NCBI RefSeq assembly: GCF_006345805.1
Contig: NW_021835476.1
Coordinates: 1,571 to 34,570 of the forward strand
DNA length: 33,000 nucleotides
Reading direction: 5' to 3'
From: Octopus sinensis
Taxonomy: Eukaryota
Shown: positions 31,520-33,000 of the stretch, piece after piece
Numbering within the stretch: position 1 is the first letter of the stretch
Layout of the letters: the number at the start of each line of letters is the position of its first letter
Notes under the pieces: generated by a model
Database searches by the model: none
Told to the model about the DNA's origin: nothing
Seen by the model: the letters and a program-made list of their open reading frames with translations, nothing else
Made by a program: the position numbers and the translations under genes

Positions 31520-32265
31520 TAATTGTGTCAACTAAATTTAATTTGAATAATTCCCTAATTAAGGAAATCTTAACAGATATCGAATAGTAACAAATAACGG
31601 GATTTCTCTTCAGTTATTAATTGCTAGGAATGTTTGGAAACAAAGAATATAAATTGGTTAACCACCTTGAAATAATCAAAATTTATTTTTAACAAATATA
31701 ACAAAAACTAGTTTATATGACTATAAATCTGAGAATAATGATTTAAAGAATTCGTCAATAGAACAAATTTTGTATTCCTTAAATATAACATTGGATTCAA
31801 CATTACAGAATTATAGTCTGTATTGTAAAATTTATTTTTCAGGAATAACTTAATTTTTATTAGTTCATATCAAAAAGATTTCTTTTCGTGATAATAAATG
31901 TCTGCGGTCTGATTCCTTATAAGGCATTTTTAACACATGCAGTTAACAAAAAGGCTTCAAAAATCTAATAGAGTCGATTTGTAATTATTAGCAAGCTCTA
32001 CCTACAGTTTGGTTCAAAAAAATTTGTTTTAGTTGATTTAATTAAATGTGAATACATTACCATTTTGAATTGTGGTTTATCAAAAATATAATATGTATTG
32101 TTGTGTTTCTTAAAATTTTTATTGATGATGAATTGATTTTTGTCACTGCTATTAAAAAACACGGCTTACTATTGCGTGATGTTATGGGTATTATTTACAG
32201 AAAAATGCTGGTTATATCTTAAAAAAATTTACATCTGAATCAAAAAAACCATAGGGTTAGGTTAT

Positions 32266-32560
32266 CTAATTAAGGCTTATCCGACCCTTGGAAATCTCAT
32301 CAGCCACTTTTCTCGACTTATTCTGGTCATTCACAATTTCGAAAAGCTTTGATGAAGGCAATCCCGTGATGTCTTTTACCGTTGATAGCCATCGAGTCCT
32401 CGGTCGGCCAGAACTTCTCTTCCCACCAATATTGATCAGCATAATGGTTCTTTCCAATGAATCAGAGCGGGCGACATGTCCAAAGAACGCCAATCTGTGT
32501 TTTACAATTTTCCTTCAAGCGAAATGTGCGTATCAACCCATTTGAGTATATCGATATTTG
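32266..32560 (-). mobile_element. RTE LINE 3' fragment
   Basis: Reads RLAFFGHVARSDSLERTIML...KRSSGRPRTRWLSTVKDITG...ISKGR, followed by a short TAACC-like tail. Confidence 0.8.
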
Positions 32561-32564
32561 GTAT

Positions 32565-32750
32565 TTGGACGTCCAAATCCCAACTTGTTTAAAAATAGAC
32601 TACGCAAAAATCGGACGAAAATTGCTGACAACAGAGGATTTAAACGCTGTTCGAGTAAGGGCTAAAAACAAGGGAGCGTAGGAAAAGATGGCCAAAATGC
32701 ATGACCCATGCGAAACTCTTTGTGGGCTACGAGAAAGAGCGCTTAACTAA
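32565..32750 (+). mobile_element. RTE-X-like LINE 3' fragment, back-to-back with the previous one
   Basis: GRPNPNL and IGRKLLTTEDLNAVRVRAKNK resemble the C-termini of the 20.6-kb and 21.5-kb fragments. Confidence 0.45.
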
Positions 32751-33000
32751 CTAAATATTATTATTTATTAGTGGATTGACTATAGCCAGGTTTAGAGACT
32801 ATTCTTTTATGAAATCCCAGTTAACTTCAGATTAGGTTGTGTGGTTTATGTATAACGGGCGTCTCAAAACATGACTTAACAATTTATAGATTTAAGAACA
32901 AATTACGTAACAAAAAATTCCATTTAATAGAACCTGCCTACCTAATGAACATCACCAATCTACATCAAAACATAACAAAAATTTAAGAACGCACGGGCCA

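Noticed and set aside
32244-32266. Telomere-like TTAGG repeats
   Set aside because: There are only about two units, and they sit at the 3' tail of an RTE fragment.

Overview
This is AT-rich eukaryotic genomic DNA, not prokaryotic. Almost every gene is split by GT-AG micro-introns of 22-32 nt (mode 25 nt), so the supplied ORF track fragments them; I rebuilt the genes by hand-splicing. The gene set is metazoan (CNC/Nrf2 bZIP with DLG and ETGE degrons, SFMBT, ARHGAP1/8, C-type lectin). Together with the intron size this suggests a reduced animal parasite such as a dicyemid (inference). The left 8.3 kb is a dense cluster: an EH-domain/intersectin-like gene (partial), NOP58, calcineurin B, a ~195-aa Nrf2/CncC, ARHGAP1/8 and an EXOG-type nuclease. 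From 8.4 to 25 kb transposon debris dominates (CRE-like RLE retroelements with poly(A) and TSDs, two pogo/Tigger elements, one hAT, RTE/Jockey-like LINE fragments), with a few orphan or secreted genes and a C-type lectin in between. The right end holds SFMBT and an intronless, divergent LC8 dynein light chain. The most notable observations are: a gene-scale A/C-to-G/T strand-skew sawtooth; a minimal Nrf2 that keeps both KEAP1 degrons; an EXOG lacking the Wing domain; five target-primed insertions sharing a Y|AAY target, two with flank-copied 5' filler; and a SAM-domain frameshift in SFMBT that a cryptic 26-nt intron could bypass.
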